Shown here in pieces: positions 27,386-36,240 of a DNA stretch of 41,387 bases. Made by a program: the position numbers and the translations under genes. The notes below the pieces were generated by a model. The model worked only from the letters and a program-made list of their open reading frames with translations. It was not told the origin of the DNA and did not search any database. The stretch covers positions 1-41,387 of IMG/VR virus record IMGVR_UViG_3300028840_003126; one strand, given 5' to 3'. Within the stretch, counting starts at the first letter, position 1. Each line of letters begins with the position of its first letter. The DNA comes from a virus.

Positions 27386-27718
27386 TTATTCCTGGGATTC
27401 CCTGGTGAATGTGGGACAGTTTGCAAAGTGTGGTTTCCATCCCAGGATTCCTGGTGGTGCATCCTTGATTGTTATTCCACGGTGATTGACTATGGTGCCA
27501 CCATTGACAGTTGGATCCGGTTCCACTGGCATGGTCCTATTGTTTTCTGTCCTAATAAATGATATCATTTCACCACAGTATTTGCATGCTGTCTTCTGGC
27601 TGAATTCAAGCTTAGATACAATTTGTTCCCGGTGTGTATAGCAGATAGGTATCTTCACATCAGGATCATCAGTGGACCATTCAAATCCTGCTTTGTTATC
27701 ACATAGAAAGCAATTCAT
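27386..27718 (-). CDS. Zn-ribbon protein (track ORF extends to 27760; ATG 27718 preferred)
   Basis: GAAGGGA lies upstream of the ATG at 27718. The product starts MNCFLCDNKAG and also contains CKYCG ... HFANCP. Confidence 0.6.
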   Translation of the reverse strand: MNCFLCDNKAGFEWSTDDPDVKIPICYTHREQIVSKLEFSQKTACKYCGEMISFIRTENNRTMPVEPDPTVNGGTIVNHRGITIKDAPPGILGWKPHFANCPTFTRESQE

Positions 27719-27965
27719 ATTGATTCCCTTCTGATTTAAATGAATACTTGCACTGATCAATGCAGTTCATTCCCTGGTCACAATACTTATGTTTCCTGCC
27801 CTTCCTGGCCACCAGGCTGACACATCTGGCCTGGTGGTGTGTGATAGGATGAAACATGCACTGCAGATGATTACAATGGCCATGCATGGCCCTGGTGCCA
27901 CAGATCCGGATGATCACATCATCCCTTACATTTTGGACATAATATTGCATCGGTATGATTAGCAT
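27699..27965 (-). CDS. Cys/His-rich small protein (88 aa)
   Basis: ORF track. Contains HGHCNHLQC..H..HH..C...C..C..C. Confidence 0.5.
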   Translation of the reverse strand: MLIIPMQYYVQNVRDDVIIRICGTRAMHGHCNHLQCMFHPITHHQARCVSLVARKGRKHKYCDQGMNCIDQCKYSFKSEGNQYELLSM

Positions 27966-28010
27966 CTAAAATGTAGTATTTATGGCACTTCTCACATTTT
28001 ACATATTCGC

Positions 28011-29045
28011 TCAAAACTTGCCACCTTCTTTTATATCATGATTAAGTTTTTCCCTGGCCTTTTTTAAGATCTGGACAAAGCCAGTCTGGTGTTTTGGTGC
28101 CTGCAGATCTGTGGTGCCACGCAATTTGATTGTTTCCGGACTGATCACATCAGCAATGTGTATATATCTCATAGTGGTTTCCAGCCAGGCATGGCCCATC
28201 AGGATCCGCAATTGTTCCACCCTGGTGCCATGGATCACTGAATATGTCCCAAAAAAATGCCGGAAACTGTGTGTGCTGATCCGCTTTGTGATATCAGCAT
28301 TTTTCCTGGCCCTGGCAATGACACCTTTTATGCCAGAAATATTTAACCGGCCACCATGATGTTTCCGGCCATACTGGATAAACAAGGGATCTGAATCCCT
28401 GTGATTTTGTACATACTTAATATCCTGATAATAGGCTGCAAAAAATTCAGCCACCATTGCACCGGCTGTCAGATAACCAAAAGGGACCAGCCTTTCCCTG
28501 CTTTTTATCCTGGGCACCACCAGGGCAAAATTATTTTCATGAATCTGAATGCTGCCAATATTCAGTGCCTGGCATTCACTGACCCGGATCCCGGTATCCG
28601 CTAAAAGACACAGGATGGCTGCATCCCTTCTGCCAATGGGCTTGGAGGTCTTGCAGGAATAAACCATCCTGGTCAGTTCATCCGGTGTGAACATTGATGG
28701 GATCTTGATTTCTTCCTGGATAGGACCAATTAATTCACACGGATTTTTTATATGATATCGCTTTGAATACCAGTCATAAAATATTCTGATCGATGCCTGT
28801 TTTATTTTTTGGGTGTTGATGCTGTTCTTCTGGTCCACTTTCAGGTGGATAATATAATCCTGGACATCTTCCATGGTGATTTCTTCCGGATTTTCTTTTT
28901 TTGTCCAGGCAAAAAATGACCTGATATTCATCAGATATCGATTGACAGATGATTCCCTTTTGTCCTGGTTTACAATTTTATATTTCTTGAAATCTTCCAG
29001 GGCAAATTCCAGTTCCCTGTTATTTTTCAGATCCATATTATCCAC
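28011..29045 (-). CDS. int: Tyrosine recombinase / phage integrase (344 aa)
   Basis: Catalytic signature ADTGIRVSE (R), HSFRHFFGT (HxxR), LMGHAWLETTMRYIH (H/W and Y), with an N-terminal SAM-like domain. Confidence 0.9.
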   Translation of the reverse strand: MDNMDLKNNRELEFALEDFKKYKIVNQDKRESSVNRYLMNIRSFFAWTKKENPEEITMEDVQDYIIHLKVDQKNSINTQKIKQASIRIFYDWYSKRYHIKNPCELIGPIQEEIKIPSMFTPDELTRMVYSCKTSKPIGRRDAAILCLLADTGIRVSECQALNIGSIQIHENNFALVVPRIKSRERLVPFGYLTAGAMVAEFFAAYYQDIKYVQNHRDSDPLFIQYGRKHHGGRLNISGIKGVIARARKNADITKRISTHSFRHFFGTYSVIHGTRVEQLRILMGHAWLETTMRYIHIADVISPETIKLRGTTDLQAPKHQTGFVQILKKAREKLNHDIKEGGKF

Positions 29046-29649
29046 CCATCACAAATAATGATGAATAAAACACCAGGTGGACCAGCCAGATCATCACAGC
29101 ATATCTGATCAGCCATTTTATATATATCCGGATCCACATTTTCATGATTGTATAATTGTATTTTCTTTCAAAGATCCTGCCTTCCAGATTATGTTTCATC
29201 AGAAAATAGACACCAATAAACCAGGCCATATTAAAGATCATCCACCACCGGATGATTTTGACAAAATGCCAGGCATCAAACCACCAGGCAGGAATGGCCA
29301 GGAAATAATCAATGGCCACAATTCCGGTGTGCAGATCAAAAAATGTTTTCCTGGATAAAATTTTATAATTAGGCAATTTATGCAAATACCAAAACACTTT
29401 TTCATCATCAATTGTTTTAAATTCTAACCTTACAGGATCCACAGGGCCATCACTCCATGTGGTGTCCACATTATACTTTCTTAATGGATCCGGATACCAC
29501 CAGGATCCATAATCCGGATCATCCACAGTTCCTGGATTGAATATTGATTTTTCATAATGGTGGACCAGGGTGTCTTCCATATCATTTAATAACGGCACCA
29601 AAAATGCCAGGAACAAAACAATTGCATAATATTTTTTTACTTTTTTCAT
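29038..29649 (-). CDS. Polytopic membrane protein (203 aa)
   Basis: N-terminal signal/TM plus Trp-rich hydrophobic C-terminal helices. Overlaps the integrase start by 8 nt. Confidence 0.65.
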   Translation of the reverse strand: MKKVKKYYAIVLFLAFLVPLLNDMEDTLVHHYEKSIFNPGTVDDPDYGSWWYPDPLRKYNVDTTWSDGPVDPVRLEFKTIDDEKVFWYLHKLPNYKILSRKTFFDLHTGIVAIDYFLAIPAWWFDAWHFVKIIRWWMIFNMAWFIGVYFLMKHNLEGRIFERKYNYTIMKMWIRIYIKWLIRYAVMIWLVHLVFYSSLFVMGG

Positions 29650-29894
29650 AGTCCCAAATCTCCCTGCTTTTGATTTTTTTCAAGATATCTGTCTTTTAAT
29701 TCCTGGAATGTTTGCTGATATTCATTCCGGATCTGCCAGGTTTTTTCAGCATCAAAAAAATTTCTGCCTTCCACTGGAATGCTTTTTTTGATGGCCTTCA
29801 AAAATTCAAGGATCCTGGGATATGAATATCTGGTGAATTCACTTTCATCCAGGGTGAAGGTGAAATATTCATCAAACTTTTCAATTTTCATCAT
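29646..29894 (-). CDS. Hypothetical protein (82 aa)
   Basis: ORF track. Overlaps the downstream gene by 4 nt. Confidence 0.6.
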   Translation of the reverse strand: MMKIEKFDEYFTFTLDESEFTRYSYPRILEFLKAIKKSIPVEGRNFFDAEKTWQIRNEYQQTFQELKDRYLEKNQKQGDLGL

Positions 29895-30168
29895 CGAATT
29901 CCTTTATGATTTTAAGCCATTCCCTGTACCATGATTTCAGATCCCTTTTCAGCAGTTCCACATTGCTGGTCCTGGCAAAATTTTTATCCACATAATTGTC
30001 AGTCACCAGCATCTTATATTTCCCTGGCCGGTGTTTTTCCAGCCAGGTGAAGATCTGATCACACTGATCACCCATGGCCTGTGACAGTTTTTTCTGTGTG
30101 GCTGCCACATATTCCAGTGGATTTTCTTTTTTTGTACCTAAATTTTCCGGTGTTTCCATATATGCCAC
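29881..30168 (-). CDS. Hypothetical protein (95 aa)
   Basis: ORF track. First gene after the iteron region. Confidence 0.6.
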   Translation of the reverse strand: MAYMETPENLGTKKENPLEYVAATQKKLSQAMGDQCDQIFTWLEKHRPGKYKMLVTDNYVDKNFARTSNVELLKRDLKSWYREWLKIIKEFDDEN

Positions 30169-30238
30169 CCTATATTGATTATTGCTGTCCCACTGTCCAT
30201 CACAATGATTAATTATTTATTATTATTAGATTTAAACC

Positions 30239-30338
30239 TGGCCAAATGCCTGGTCAACCGGTGGCCAGTCAGATCCTGGTTGACCACTGATTGACCATCT
30301 GACCATTGATTGACCACTGATTGACCACTGTTTGGCCA
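30239..30338. repeat. Iteron array: six direct T(T/C)G(A/G)CCA copies at 11-bp phasing plus inverted copies
   Basis: TTGACCA at 30280, 30291, 30310 and 30321. CTGACCA at 30299 and TTGGCCA at 30332. Inverted TGGCCAA at 30239, TGGTCAA at 30251 and TGGCCAG at 30262. An AT-rich tract follows at 30341-30375. Confidence 0.75.
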
Positions 30339-30485
30339 GGGATAATTATTTGTTTTATGTATATTTATGCAAAATCCGGGACAGCAGGACACCATTTTTA
30401 TTTTTTCTCTCATATTACAAGTGTTATAAAAAGCAAAAATTTTCGCCTTTTTTTCTTGTTACATGGCTGGCGATTTTTTGAATAA

Positions 30486-30707
30486 TTACTTTTTTAGTTT
30501 ATTCACCATGTCCTGGGTGATGGGTGTTTCTACTTTCCAGTGACCGGTAACCTGTGGATTGTCTTCTGGATCCACTTTATATATTGGATTGTTTCCTTTT
30601 CTAAATTCTTCCAGGATCATCACCAGGTGTGCCCTGATCGATGCCAAAAGCCAGAAAAATATCACCACAATCACTATGGTAATCATTGATATCATGATTT
30701 TTTCCAT
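30486..30707 (-). CDS. Small single-TM protein with a charged C-terminus (73 aa); holin-like topology
   Basis: MISMITIVIVVIFFWLLASI followed by a Lys/Glu/Asp-rich tail. Preceded by leader element A and GAAGGGAAG. Confidence 0.65.
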   Translation of the reverse strand: MEKIMISMITIVIVVIFFWLLASIRAHLVMILEEFRKGNNPIYKVDPEDNPQVTGHWKVETPITQDMVNKLKK

Positions 30708-30722
30708 TTTCTTCCCTTCTGC

Positions 30723-30758
30723 AAAAAAACGGCTTCCATATTTCGATTCTAAGGGCCG
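30723..30758 (-). terminator. Leader element A: bulged hairpin with the conserved 15-nt loop followed by U7
   Basis: The minus strand reads CGGccCTTagaatcgaaatatggAAGCCGttttttt. Twenty-three nt (30731-30753) are identical to 38371-38393. Confidence 0.55.
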
Positions 30759-30767
30759 ATCTCTGCC

Positions 30768-30790
30768 AGGTTAATGGTTTTGTATGGACC
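30768..30790 (-). promoter_or_regulatory. Leader element A: conserved upstream box
   Basis: The minus strand reads ggtccatacaaaaccattaacct. The 13-nt aaaccattaacct is identical to 38408-38420. Confidence 0.45.
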
Positions 30791-30856
30791 TTTTATTGCT
30801 TTCAGGCAGGCCCTGGATACAGACCAGTCTGATATGTTTTGATCATATGACAGTGA

Positions 30857-31303
30857 TCAGAATTTGACATCCACAATTGTGTTTTTAGGAATTCCGGGTG
30901 ATTCCCGGTCACCAATATAAAATATATTAATACTTCTGGCGATTGCTGATTGATTTCTGGCACTGTCATTGGCACACACATATGCGCAGGCATAAGTCTG
31001 TGATCTTGGATATGTATATTCAACATACATTGAATCAATTTCATTGTGTATGTGGGCAGCTGTGGCCAATAAATGTGGATAATGAATTGTTGAATCAATT
31101 TGGACATTTTTAATTGATGTGTCTGCAGGCCATTCTGTCAAGCTTTCAAAATAAAGACTGTCTGGATTTGTCAATACAAATAAATCATAACTGTGCATAT
31201 CTGGTTCCGTGTTTTTATCCCATCTGAACTTCAATGTGATGGTCTGGCTGCAGCCGGTGGCCACCAGGACCAGGCAGAATAAAATACTGATAAAAGTCTT
31301 CAT
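30857..31303 (-). CDS. Lipoprotein-like secreted protein (148 aa; track ORF extends to 31378)
   Basis: AAAGGAA lies upstream of the ATG at 31303. The product starts MKTFISILFCLVLVATGCSQ (lipobox-like VATGC). Confidence 0.65.
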   Translation of the reverse strand: MKTFISILFCLVLVATGCSQTITLKFRWDKNTEPDMHSYDLFVLTNPDSLYFESLTEWPADTSIKNVQIDSTIHYPHLLATAAHIHNEIDSMYVEYTYPRSQTYACAYVCANDSARNQSAIARSINIFYIGDRESPGIPKNTIVDVKF

Positions 31304-31328
31304 GATAATTCCTTTCATGTTAAATGAT

Positions 31329-34322
31329 TTAATCATCCCATTCATCCTTTTTGGAATCAAACAGATCCCGGATTTCAATGGGCATTTTTTTCATGTCAAA
31401 AGCAATTGCCCTTTTTCTATATTCACCAAACCTGGCCCGGTTATCCCCTGCCTTGGCATAATGATATGGCAGATTTTTAAGATAATCCAGGATGGTGGTT
31501 TTCTTGAATATCTGGAAGACACCCTGATCCCTTAAATGCCGGATCCAGTCATTGTATATTTCATTATAGCAGATATATAACACACCTTCCAGCTTATCAA
31601 TGCTGATGGTGTTCTTTGTCCGGCCAGTATTCTGCATATAAGATAAATCATTAAAAAATTTGACTGTGATATCTTCTTCTTCTTTTCTCAGTCTTTCCTG
31701 TTTACACTGTTCCACTACAAAATCCATGAATTCCTGGTCCTTTTCATGGTAATCCAAAAGCCAAAAGCAGGCAGCAGGGATGGCATAATTGATGGCTGTC
31801 CTGTTGTCTGAAACACCATTTTCATTGATGTGTGATATAAATTTTTCAATACCTTCCAGGACCTTTTCCTTTTTGGCTGTGGTTTTATTTTTGATGATGT
31901 CCACCAGGATGCATGACAATCTGCTTTGATGTTCCAGCAGCCATTTCCAGGATGCTGTTTTATTTTCTGTGATTTCAGTGAATCTGATCACCACGCACCT
32001 GGACAACAATCCTTTGTCCACAGGTGAATCTTCACCACTGACCCACAGTGTTCCATTGACCACATTGATCTGCCTTTTCTTAATGCCACCCTTGCCTGCA
32101 CCGATCCTGTTGTAAATGTTTTTAGTGATGCCCAGCATCTTGATTGCTTTGCTGTCAGTGCTGTTCAAATATTCATCGTACCATCCAGGCAGGCTGGAAA
32201 GCTGTTCCATAAATTTGAAGGTCCCATCCGGTGTGGCAGATTCCCATGGCTCTGACCGGCCATCAAATCCGAAAAATGACAGCAGGACAGATGTGCTGGC
32301 AGACTTCCCGGTCCCGGATGGGCCATATGGATAAAAAAATGGAAAACATTTGTGTGTGGCTGCAATCTCGTTTAAATAGACTGTGGCAGCCATAAATCCC
32401 AGGGCCAGATATGCCTTGAATGAATTGTCCTGGCCATCATCAATCATATTGTGGAAGTGATCAATGACAGCATTTTTGAATTCCGGATCCGGACCATCTG
32501 TGATGTTCATGGTGGGTGTGTCACCGGAATAGACCAGGACATCTTTTGCCTTGAATCCTTTGCTGTCAATTTTGATGATGCCATCCTGATTTATTTCATG
32601 GACCTTGCCATTTTTGATGGCACAATTTTCAAACAGCCATAGATTGTGTTCCGGCACATATCCATATTTTTGGATATAGTGGATCACTTCTTTGATATTG
32701 GCCTGGCCTTCTTCATATTTCCACATCCTGTAAACTTCTGCCTGTGTGCCATAAAAATAATAGGATCCCTGGGCCACACACTTCAATCTGAATTGCTGCA
32801 GACCGGCCCGGTCTTCCGGTGAAAATATCACAGGCACGGACACTTCTTTTTTCTGGTTTTTTAAGATGCATTCATAATGCAGTTCATCATCCATGACAAA
32901 GATCTTCCGCAATTTCAAAACAAAATCTGATATCTTGACAGTGCTGCCATCATGTGATTTTTTAAAATAGCAGTTTTCATGTTCAATCAGGCCAAAATCA
33001 TCTTTGGGAATTTCCTTTTTTTCAGCCTTGGCCAATTGCCAGGCAGATTTCATTTTGTCAATCTGTTTTTTGATGGCTGTCCGGACCACCACCTTTGGAT
33101 ATTTGGACTTGATAATTTCCAGATATCCTTCCACCAGGATGTCATCTTCCACCTTGGCAATTCTTTCCAGGACCGGATGCAGCAGCTGTGATATTCTGAT
33201 GGTTTCATCACTGTCTGGCAGGCATAATATTTGATATTGGATCCCATCCACTGCCTTTTCTAAAAGGTTGAAATATTCACCGGCTGGATCTGTTTTTAAG
33301 GTCCTTAAATATTCATCGATATCTTTTTTATCAGGCAGCCGGATGATCCGGACCTGGACAAAGCCAGTCAACTGATCAATGATTTTATGGGTGTACATTT
33401 CACCTGGTGGCATCTTCTCCGGATGTGCCGGATCCGGTGGATCATTATCAAATGAAAAATAAACAATCTTGCCAAAACAATACCTTTTGATATAGTCAAT
33501 CTGGTCCTGGGATGGCTGGCCGATCCAGGCAGCAATATTTTTTTCACCTGAAACACGCATGGCAGTGATCCGGTCATTTTCACCTTCCACCAGGACCACG
33601 GTGTCATGATAAAAGGCATTCTGGCCATAGAACAAATGATTGTTCATTTTAAACTGATTTGCCAGCTGATATTGTACTTTTTTTAAGGGATCTTTGAAGG
33701 TGAAGTGTGACACTTTTTTATTGATGAAATGTGGGAAGATATAAACATTCTTTGGAAGGAAATCACCGGTCTGGCCATCCCGGTCCCGGACCAGACCCGA
33801 TGCAATCAGATCTGATTCCTTGAATGATTTTTTTAAATGATTAAAAAGGCCATTCCTTCCGGATCCGGTCCAGCCGATCATGAAGGTCTTTATGGCTGCC
33901 ACAGTGTGCCCACGTTTTCTGGACAGCCAGGATCTTGCCTTTTCATCATCCTGCAGTTTCTGATGATAATAGTCTGCAGCAGCCTGGAATATTTCCTGCC
34001 TGGTGGCCAGGCCATCATCTTCCGGCTGGCCATTGTCAATATTATATCCCACCTTTTCTGCCAGGTAAACCAGGGATTCATATGCTGACTTATTATGCAG
34101 ATCCTGGATAAAATTAAAAACAGATCCACCGGCATCACACTGGAAACAATTAAAATATTGTTTTGATGCATGGATCCGGAAACAGTCATGGCCATGGCAA
34201 AAGGGACATTCCTGCAGATTGAACCAGCTGATGCCCACCTTTTTGACCTGGCTGGATGTTTCAGATCTGATAATGTCCAGGATGTTCACCCGGCCCTTTA
34301 CTTCTTCAAAATCATTTGCCAT
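31329..34322 (-). CDS. Bifunctional DNA primase-helicase (997 aa): CHC2 Zn finger, Toprim, P-loop NTPase
   Basis: CPFCHGHDCFRIH..FNCFQCDAGGSVFNF (DnaG-type Zn finger). VVLVEGENDRITAM (Toprim). YPYGPSGTGKSAS (Walker A). Confidence 0.9.
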   Translation of the reverse strand: MANDFEEVKGRVNILDIIRSETSSQVKKVGISWFNLQECPFCHGHDCFRIHASKQYFNCFQCDAGGSVFNFIQDLHNKSAYESLVYLAEKVGYNIDNGQPEDDGLATRQEIFQAAADYYHQKLQDDEKARSWLSRKRGHTVAAIKTFMIGWTGSGRNGLFNHLKKSFKESDLIASGLVRDRDGQTGDFLPKNVYIFPHFINKKVSHFTFKDPLKKVQYQLANQFKMNNHLFYGQNAFYHDTVVLVEGENDRITAMRVSGEKNIAAWIGQPSQDQIDYIKRYCFGKIVYFSFDNDPPDPAHPEKMPPGEMYTHKIIDQLTGFVQVRIIRLPDKKDIDEYLRTLKTDPAGEYFNLLEKAVDGIQYQILCLPDSDETIRISQLLHPVLERIAKVEDDILVEGYLEIIKSKYPKVVVRTAIKKQIDKMKSAWQLAKAEKKEIPKDDFGLIEHENCYFKKSHDGSTVKISDFVLKLRKIFVMDDELHYECILKNQKKEVSVPVIFSPEDRAGLQQFRLKCVAQGSYYFYGTQAEVYRMWKYEEGQANIKEVIHYIQKYGYVPEHNLWLFENCAIKNGKVHEINQDGIIKIDSKGFKAKDVLVYSGDTPTMNITDGPDPEFKNAVIDHFHNMIDDGQDNSFKAYLALGFMAATVYLNEIAATHKCFPFFYPYGPSGTGKSASTSVLLSFFGFDGRSEPWESATPDGTFKFMEQLSSLPGWYDEYLNSTDSKAIKMLGITKNIYNRIGAGKGGIKKRQINVVNGTLWVSGEDSPVDKGLLSRCVVIRFTEITENKTASWKWLLEHQSRLSCILVDIIKNKTTAKKEKVLEGIEKFISHINENGVSDNRTAINYAIPAACFWLLDYHEKDQEFMDFVVEQCKQERLRKEEEDITVKFFNDLSYMQNTGRTKNTISIDKLEGVLYICYNEIYNDWIRHLRDQGVFQIFKKTTILDYLKNLPYHYAKAGDNRARFGEYRKRAIAFDMKKMPIEIRDLFDSKKDEWDD

Positions 34323-34412
34323 TTTAATTCCTATTCATTAATAAATCCGGCAGCTTTTCAATCCACTACGTTTGTTGATAACGGGAAAAATGGGAAAAAG
34401 CCACCGGATTTT

Positions 34413-34631
34413 TTATAATAATTCAATCTGATCATCATCAATTTTTATGCCATCACCTGGCCGGACCTTTTCAAAATTGCTGGTCTGATTTTCTTTTCTT
34501 TTTTTATTGATGCCCAGGCAGTATTCACACAAAATAGATCTGGTCTGTTCACTGACCAGTTCCGGATAATGATTCCGGCATTTAATGCAATATTCATATT
34601 TCATTATCTGACCTTTAATTGTGCATGACAT
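34413..34631 (-). CDS. Zn-ribbon protein (72 aa)
   Basis: CIKCRNH....CEYCLG. Confidence 0.6.
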   Translation of the reverse strand: MSCTIKGQIMKYEYCIKCRNHYPELVSEQTRSILCEYCLGINKKRKENQTSNFEKVRPGDGIKIDDDQIELL

Positions 34632-34733
34632 TTATGACACTGGAATGAATGATGGTCCTGGTGCCTGTATAATTCAGCCTTGCATTTTACACAGATCCAC
34701 AGGACCAGAACAAAGGGTGTGGGATAGACTTTT

Positions 34734-35018
34734 TTAATGTCCATCTGGTGTGGCCTTTTTTAATTTATGGAACAATTCAATGAATTCAATTCTGTTCATG
34801 AAGATCTTTTCTGCCACCAGTTGTGCCACTTCCAGATTGTAACATGTGCTTATATTGTCTGTGTCTTTTGTGTTAATTGATATATCATAGGCAGTATATG
34901 CATAATCATATTTTGGGTTTTCGTCTATGTATTTTGATATAATGATGTCACCAGATGGTATGTTTAAGGCTTCACCTGGCTTTTCAATCAGCCAGATTCC
35001 CCTGGTCAATTCTTTCAT
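34734..35018 (-). CDS. Hypothetical protein (94 aa; the track start at 35033 is a TTG)
   Basis: AAAGGGA lies upstream of the ATG at 35018. Confidence 0.6.
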   Translation of the reverse strand: MKELTRGIWLIEKPGEALNIPSGDIIISKYIDENPKYDYAYTAYDISINTKDTDNISTCYNLEVAQLVAEKIFMNRIEFIELFHKLKKATPDGH

Positions 35019-35029
35019 GATATTCCCTT

Positions 35030-35155
35030 TCAATTAAATAATGATTTTAATGTTTTAAAAAGGCCAGGGCCATAATTTTCCAGATAAAAAACTATCAGCA
35101 AAAATATGACCATGGCCAACAATATCAATGCTGTTTTAATCAGTCTTATATTCAT
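35030..35155 (-). CDS. 41-aa single-TM micro-ORF MNIRLIKTALILLAMVIFLLIVFYLENYGPGLFKTLKSLFN
   Basis: Manual translation. It fills the 35034-35135 gap and is below the track cutoff. Confidence 0.35.
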   Translation of the reverse strand: MNIRLIKTALILLAMVIFLLIVFYLENYGPGLFKTLKSLFN

Positions 35156-35324
35156 TTCTGATCCGTCTGTGCTGCTGTGCTTTTAATTCTTCCAGGGTGG
35201 CATTTACAGGATCTTTTGCAATTGAAAAGCATTCCCTGCAGACACCATGTGATGGATTGCCATCAATTAATTCACCATCCTGGATCAGTTCCCTACACCA
35301 TGCACATATTGTCTTTATTTTCAT
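35136..35324 (-). CDS. Zn-ribbon protein (62 aa; track ORF extends to 35357)
   Basis: ATGA overlap with the upstream micro-ORF at 35324-35321. Contains CAWCRE....GVCRECF. Confidence 0.6.
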   Translation of the reverse strand: MKIKTICAWCRELIQDGELIDGNPSHGVCRECFSIAKDPVNATLEELKAQQHRRIRNEYKTD

Positions 35325-35479
35325 TGTCCACCACCTTTTCCACTGCCATTCAGCCATGCAGTCCTTTTGGCAGCTTCTTCCGGTGTTTTATGATCTGATT
35401 CCGGCTGCCATTTGCCATCAGGATCATAAAATCCCACGGTCCACAAACCTGGTTCTGATTTGATATAAACATAATTCAT
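35321..35479 (-). CDS. 52-aa ORF MNYVYIKSEPGLWTVGFYDPDGKWQPESDHKTPEEAAKRTAWLNGSGKGGGQ
   Basis: Manual translation. ATGA overlaps at both ends (35479-35476 and 35324-35321). GGATGGTGG lies upstream. Confidence 0.5.
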   Translation of the reverse strand: MNYVYIKSEPGLWTVGFYDPDGKWQPESDHKTPEEAAKRTAWLNGSGKGGGQ

Positions 35480-35733
35480 GATCTGCCACCATCCTTTCTG
35501 CCAGCCATATCCTTGCTGATTTTCATTTCATCCTTGAAATATACTATCATTAATAATATTATTTTATATATAACCATAACAACAAAAGCAGCCAGGGCCA
35601 CATGACCCAATATTTTTAAATCCACCATTATCATAATTGCGATAAAAGCTGCTGCTGCAATAATTAAACCTAAAAGAATTTTTGAAAAATTCTTCAATTG
35701 CCTCTTAATGAATATTTTTGTTATTTCATTCAT
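35476..35733 (-). CDS. Two-TM small membrane protein (85 aa; track ORF extends to 35796)
   Basis: AGGATGGTGG lies upstream of the ATG at 35733. Contains ILLGLIIAAAAFIAIMIMV and HVALAAFVVMVIYKIILLMIV. Confidence 0.6.
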   Translation of the reverse strand: MNEITKIFIKRQLKNFSKILLGLIIAAAAFIAIMIMVDLKILGHVALAAFVVMVIYKIILLMIVYFKDEMKISKDMAGRKDGGRS

Positions 35734-35924
35734 GATTTGCCACCATCCTTTTTTCTTTTTTTCCAAATTGCCCGGCCACAAAAGATGCACACCCATCCAA
35801 TAAATGACCAGTTCAATGTGTGTACATCAAAGGGAAACATTTCATGGCCACAATCCCGGCAAAACTTATGACAATTTGAACCCAATTCCTTTGCTAATAT
35901 TATATTCTTTAATGTAGATTCCAT
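35730..35924 (-). CDS. Zn-ribbon protein (64 aa), the C-terminal part of track ORF 35730..36110
   Basis: GGAAGGA lies 3 nt upstream of the ATG at 35924. Contains CRDCGH...CIFCG. Its stop overlaps the next ATG as ATGA. Confidence 0.5.
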   Translation of the reverse strand: MESTLKNIILAKELGSNCHKFCRDCGHEMFPFDVHTLNWSFIGWVCIFCGRAIWKKRKKDGGKS

Positions 35925-36240
35925 TATCCTTCCTTGGAAGCCAATTGTCATATAATTTAAATTCAATTTTGACATGCCTTTTGTGTTTTCCATGATAATG
36001 CACTCCTGGACATTGTTTTTCTGTTGCCAGTGATATCCGGCACTGGTGCAGTTCATTATCATATTCAATATCCACCAGTGTCCCTGGTTCAATGCCTGCT
36101 TTTTTTGCAATTGGCATCGGGATGATTATCAGGCACCTTTTATTGCCTGAATAATCAGATGTTTTATAATAGATATTATCCAGGGAATATCTGGATCCAC
36201 CATCCGATTTTCTTAAATCCCTAATTGATTTGAAGGCCAT
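35866..36240 (-). CDS. AbrB/SpoVT-like DNA-binding protein (124 aa; track ORF extends to 36420)
   Basis: IIIPMPIAKKAGIEPGTLVDIEYDNE fits the looped-hinge-helix pattern. ATG at 36240. Confidence 0.55.
   Translation of the reverse strand: MAFKSIRDLRKSDGGSRYSLDNIYYKTSDYSGNKRCLIIIPMPIAKKAGIEPGTLVDIEYDNELHQCRISLATEKQCPGVHYHGKHKRHVKIEFKLYDNWLPRKDNGIYIKEYNISKGIGFKLS

Noticed and set aside
30213-30413. The 66-aa minus-strand track ORF.
   Set aside because: Its sequence (GQSVVNQWSDGQSVVNQ) is generated by the iterons. It has no SD and sits in an AT-rich intergenic control region.
35730-36110. The full-length 126-aa track ORF.
   Set aside because: The N-terminal two thirds overlap the AbrB-like gene out of frame and look spurious. 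Only the C-terminal 64 aa (from the ATG at 35924, with a strong SD and a CxxC..CxxC pair) were kept.
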